Shown here: in pieces, positions 61,247 through 64,000 of the stretch
Position numbering within the stretch: the first letter of the stretch is position 1
Layout of the letters: each line of letters opens with the position of its first letter
NCBI RefSeq assembly: GCF_902713615.1
Contig: NC_052152.1
Location: 51,559,810-51,623,809 of the forward strand
Source of the DNA: Scyliorhinus canicula
Lineage: Eukaryota
Direction of reading: 5' to 3'
Length of the DNA: 64,000 nucleotides
The notes under the pieces: generated by a model
The model's database searches: none
What the model was told of the DNA's origin: nothing
Seen by the model: only the letters and a program-made list of their open reading frames with translations
Position numbers and translations under genes: made by a program

Positions 61247-61465
61247 AGGGCAGCACAGCGGCGCAGTGGTTAGCACTGCTGCCTCACAGCGGCAAGAACC
61301 GGGTTCGATCCTGGCCCCCAATTACTGTCCGTGTGGAGTTTGCACATTCTCCCAGTGTCTGCGTGGGTTTTGCCCCCACAACCCAAATAGATGTGCAGGG
61401 TAGGTGAATTGGCCACACTAAATTTCCCCTTAATTGGTAAAAAAATTGGGTACTCTAAATTTATA
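61247..61465 (+). mobile_element. Short V-SINE, A-rich tail
   Basis: GGGCAGCACAGCGGCGCAGTGGTTAGC head, tail GGGTACTCTAAATTT. Confidence 0.8.
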
Positions 61466-61589
61466 AAAAAGAAAGAAAGATCAAGAACGGAATATTCCAG
61501 GATGCTGCAAGGTATTGAGTCGCATAGATACAAAAAATATTTATATTCTGCTGACTTTTTTCTTATACAGTTATGGACAATTGAATAGC

Positions 61590-64000
61590 TAATTAGAGGC
61601 GGAGGCTCGACAAATATCCCCATCCTCAATGATAGGAGAATCCAGCACATTAGTGCAGAATGCAAGTATTTGCAACCGTCTTCAGCCAGAAGTGTCAAGT
61701 GGATGATCCATTTCGGCCTCCAGCATCACAAATACAAATCTTCAAAAATTCGATTTGCTCCACATGCAAGGTGGGATTTACCACACACCGCTCCCCTCAC
61801 CACACTGGTACCAGTGGTGGCCCTCCATTAACTGGCGGCGGGATCTTACAATCCCATAGCTGACAACAGGTTTCCCATTGTTTCTACCCTCTGGGAACCT
61901 ACAGCGCAGGGGGGTTACCTGCAGGAGGGCAGGAAGATCCCACCGGCGGGAATGACTGTCAAATCCATCCCATTATCAAGGAACTACTGAAGGCACTGGA
62001 TACTGCAAAGACTATGGGCACTGACAACATTCCAGAAATAGAACTCCAAAATTAGATGCGCCCTTAGCCAAGCTGCCAGTACAGCTCCAACAATGGCATT
62101 GGAAACTTGCCCAGATATGTGCTGTATACAAAAAGCAGTACAAATCCAACCCAGCCAATGAACGCCCCATTTGTCTACTCTCAATCATCAGCAAAGTGAT
62201 GAAAGGGGTCGTCGACAGTGCCATCAAGCTGCACTTGATCACTGATGTTCAGTTAGGGTTCTGGAAGGTCCATTCAGCTACTGAGCTCTTTACAGCTTTA
62301 GTCCAATAATGAACAGAAGAGCTGAACTCCAGAGGTGAGGTGAGAGTGACCTCCAGGCAGCATTTGACCAAGTATGGCATCAAGGAGACCTAACAAAACT
62401 GGGATTAATGAGAATCTGGGGAGGTAACTCCCCGCTGGTTGAGGGTCATGGAAGATAGTTGTGGCTGTTGGAGGTCAACCATCTCAGTCCAAGAACACTG
62501 AGGCAGGTGTTCCTTAGGGTAATGTCCAAAATATCTTCAGCAACTGCATCAATGACCTTCCCTCCATCATAACTGGGGATGTTTGCTGCTGATTGCACAA
62601 GGTATTGATGACTCCTCAGATACTGAAGCAGTCCATGTCCAAATACAGCAAGATCTAGTCAGTGTTCATGATTGCTCTGGTAAATTGGAAATAATATTCA
62701 CAAATCAGGTGCGAACTTCTCTGACCCCCAGCAGGGTCGGAGAATCGCTTGGGGGCGCCTAAAATCCCGCCCCGGCCGTGGCAGAGATTCTCCGCCACCC
62801 GGGAAGTGGCGGGGGCAGGAATCTCGCCCCGCCGATCGGAGAGGCCCCTGCGGTGATTCTCCGGCCTGGATGGGCCGAGGTCCGGCCACTGGGAGGCCTC
62901 TCCCGCCGCCGAGGTTTGAACCACCTCTGGAACGGCGGGCTCAGCGGCGCGAGCAGGCCCCCGGGGTCCTGGGGGGGGCGGGGGCGATCAAACCCCGGGG
63001 GGTGCCCCCACGGTGGCCTGGTCCGCGATCAGGGCCCCCCGATCAGGGGCCGGGCCAGTGCCCTGGGTGCACTATGTTCCTCCGTGACCGCCACGGCCTC
63101 CACCATGGCGGAGGTGGAAGGGAACACCACATCGCGCATGCGCCGGCAGTGACGTCAGCGGCCAGCTGGCCGCTGACGTCACTGCCGGCGCATGCGCCGA
63201 CTGGCAAAAGCCTTTCGGCCAGCCCCGCAACGGGGGCGCTGGTTTTTTGCGCCAGTCTTCTGGTGCAAACCGCTCCGGCGCGGGGCTGGCCCCCAAAGGT
63301 GGGGAGAATTCCCCACCTTTGGGGAGGCGCGACCCCTGAGTGGTTGGCGCCACTCCCCTACTCCGGCACCCTCCGTCACGCCGGGTAGGGGAGAATGCCG
63401 CCCCAGAAGTGCCAGTCAATCACTATTTCCTGTGACAGAGAATGCAACCATCGCCCCTTGACATTCAATGACATTACCATGATTACCATGATTACCATCT
63501 CTGAATCTCCCACTATTACCATCCTGTGAGTTACCATTGACCAGGAATTGAACTGGGCTAGCCATATAAATACTGTGGCTACAAGAACAGGTCAGAGGCT
63601 GGGAATCCTGCGGCGAGTAACTCACCTCTTGACTCACCAAAGCCTGTCCACCATCTCCAAATTACAAGTCAGAAGTGTGATGAAATACTCTCCACTTGGA
63701 TGAGTGCAGTTCTAACAACACTTGAGAAGCTCAACACCTTTCAAGACAAAGCACGTCGCTTGAATGCCACACTATCCACTACCTTAAACATGCAATCCTT
63801 CCAACACTGATGCACAGCAGCAGCAGTGTGCACCATTTACAAGACACACTGCAGCAATCACCAAGACTCCTTTGGCAGCACCTTCCAAATTTGCAACCTC
63901 CACCACCCAGAAGGAAAAGGACAGCAGATACATGGGAAAACCACCACCTGCAAGTTCCCCATTCTCCTCCAATTCACTCACCACCCTGACGTGGAAATAT
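61590..64000 (+). mobile_element. Degenerate CR1/L2-type LINE RT region, interrupted by MITEs
   Basis: Remnants such as NERPICLLSIISKVM, GMFAADC and VTIDQELNWASHINTVATRTGQRLGILRR. Confidence 0.6.
62709..63403. mobile_element. Harbinger MITE with internal perfect palindrome
   Basis: GTGCGAACTTCTC...GAGAATGCCGCCC with a CAG TSD; CCCAAAGGTGGGGAGAATTCCCCACCTTTGGG near 63292-63323. Confidence 0.7.

Noticed and set aside
50583-64000. Upstream TRIM45 filamin exon (DNKDGTY-type motif)
   Set aside because: Not found in the unique segments; it probably lies beyond the window.

Overview
Eukaryotic, repeat-dense vertebrate DNA. The HE1/V-SINEs, CR1, L1 and Harbinger families point to an elasmobranch, probably a catshark-like shark (inference). 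Most ORF-track entries are TE-derived or spurious. Two host genes lie on the minus strand. (1) The last two coding exons of TRIM45 (50456-50582 and 49784-49932). (2) About 5.5 kb downstream, a single-Ig-domain receptor gene assembled by hand from splice signals: leader 43830-43863, germline-joined VJ-type V exon 43125-43466, a candidate Cys-containing stalk exon 10017-10121, a TM exon 9646-9756 with an intramembrane Arg and an immediate stop, and a candidate terminal exon from 7157 with AATAAA at 6770-6775. The predicted ~192-aa protein (157 aa without the stalk) resembles NKp30/NCR3 in its V domain and TM, while its 3' exon layout echoes TCR alpha/delta. It is the best novelty candidate here; the V-to-TM link crosses a 33-kb intron and is inferred. 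That intron holds a nested TE stack: an old L1 hosting a near-intact 5.8-kb L1 and a 5.3-kb Harbinger, which itself hosts a solo LTR and a 14-bp minisatellite. It also holds a second Harbinger and a full-length CR1. The TRIM45 intron carries a MITE whose hairpin arm has expanded into a ~65-copy 15-bp array.
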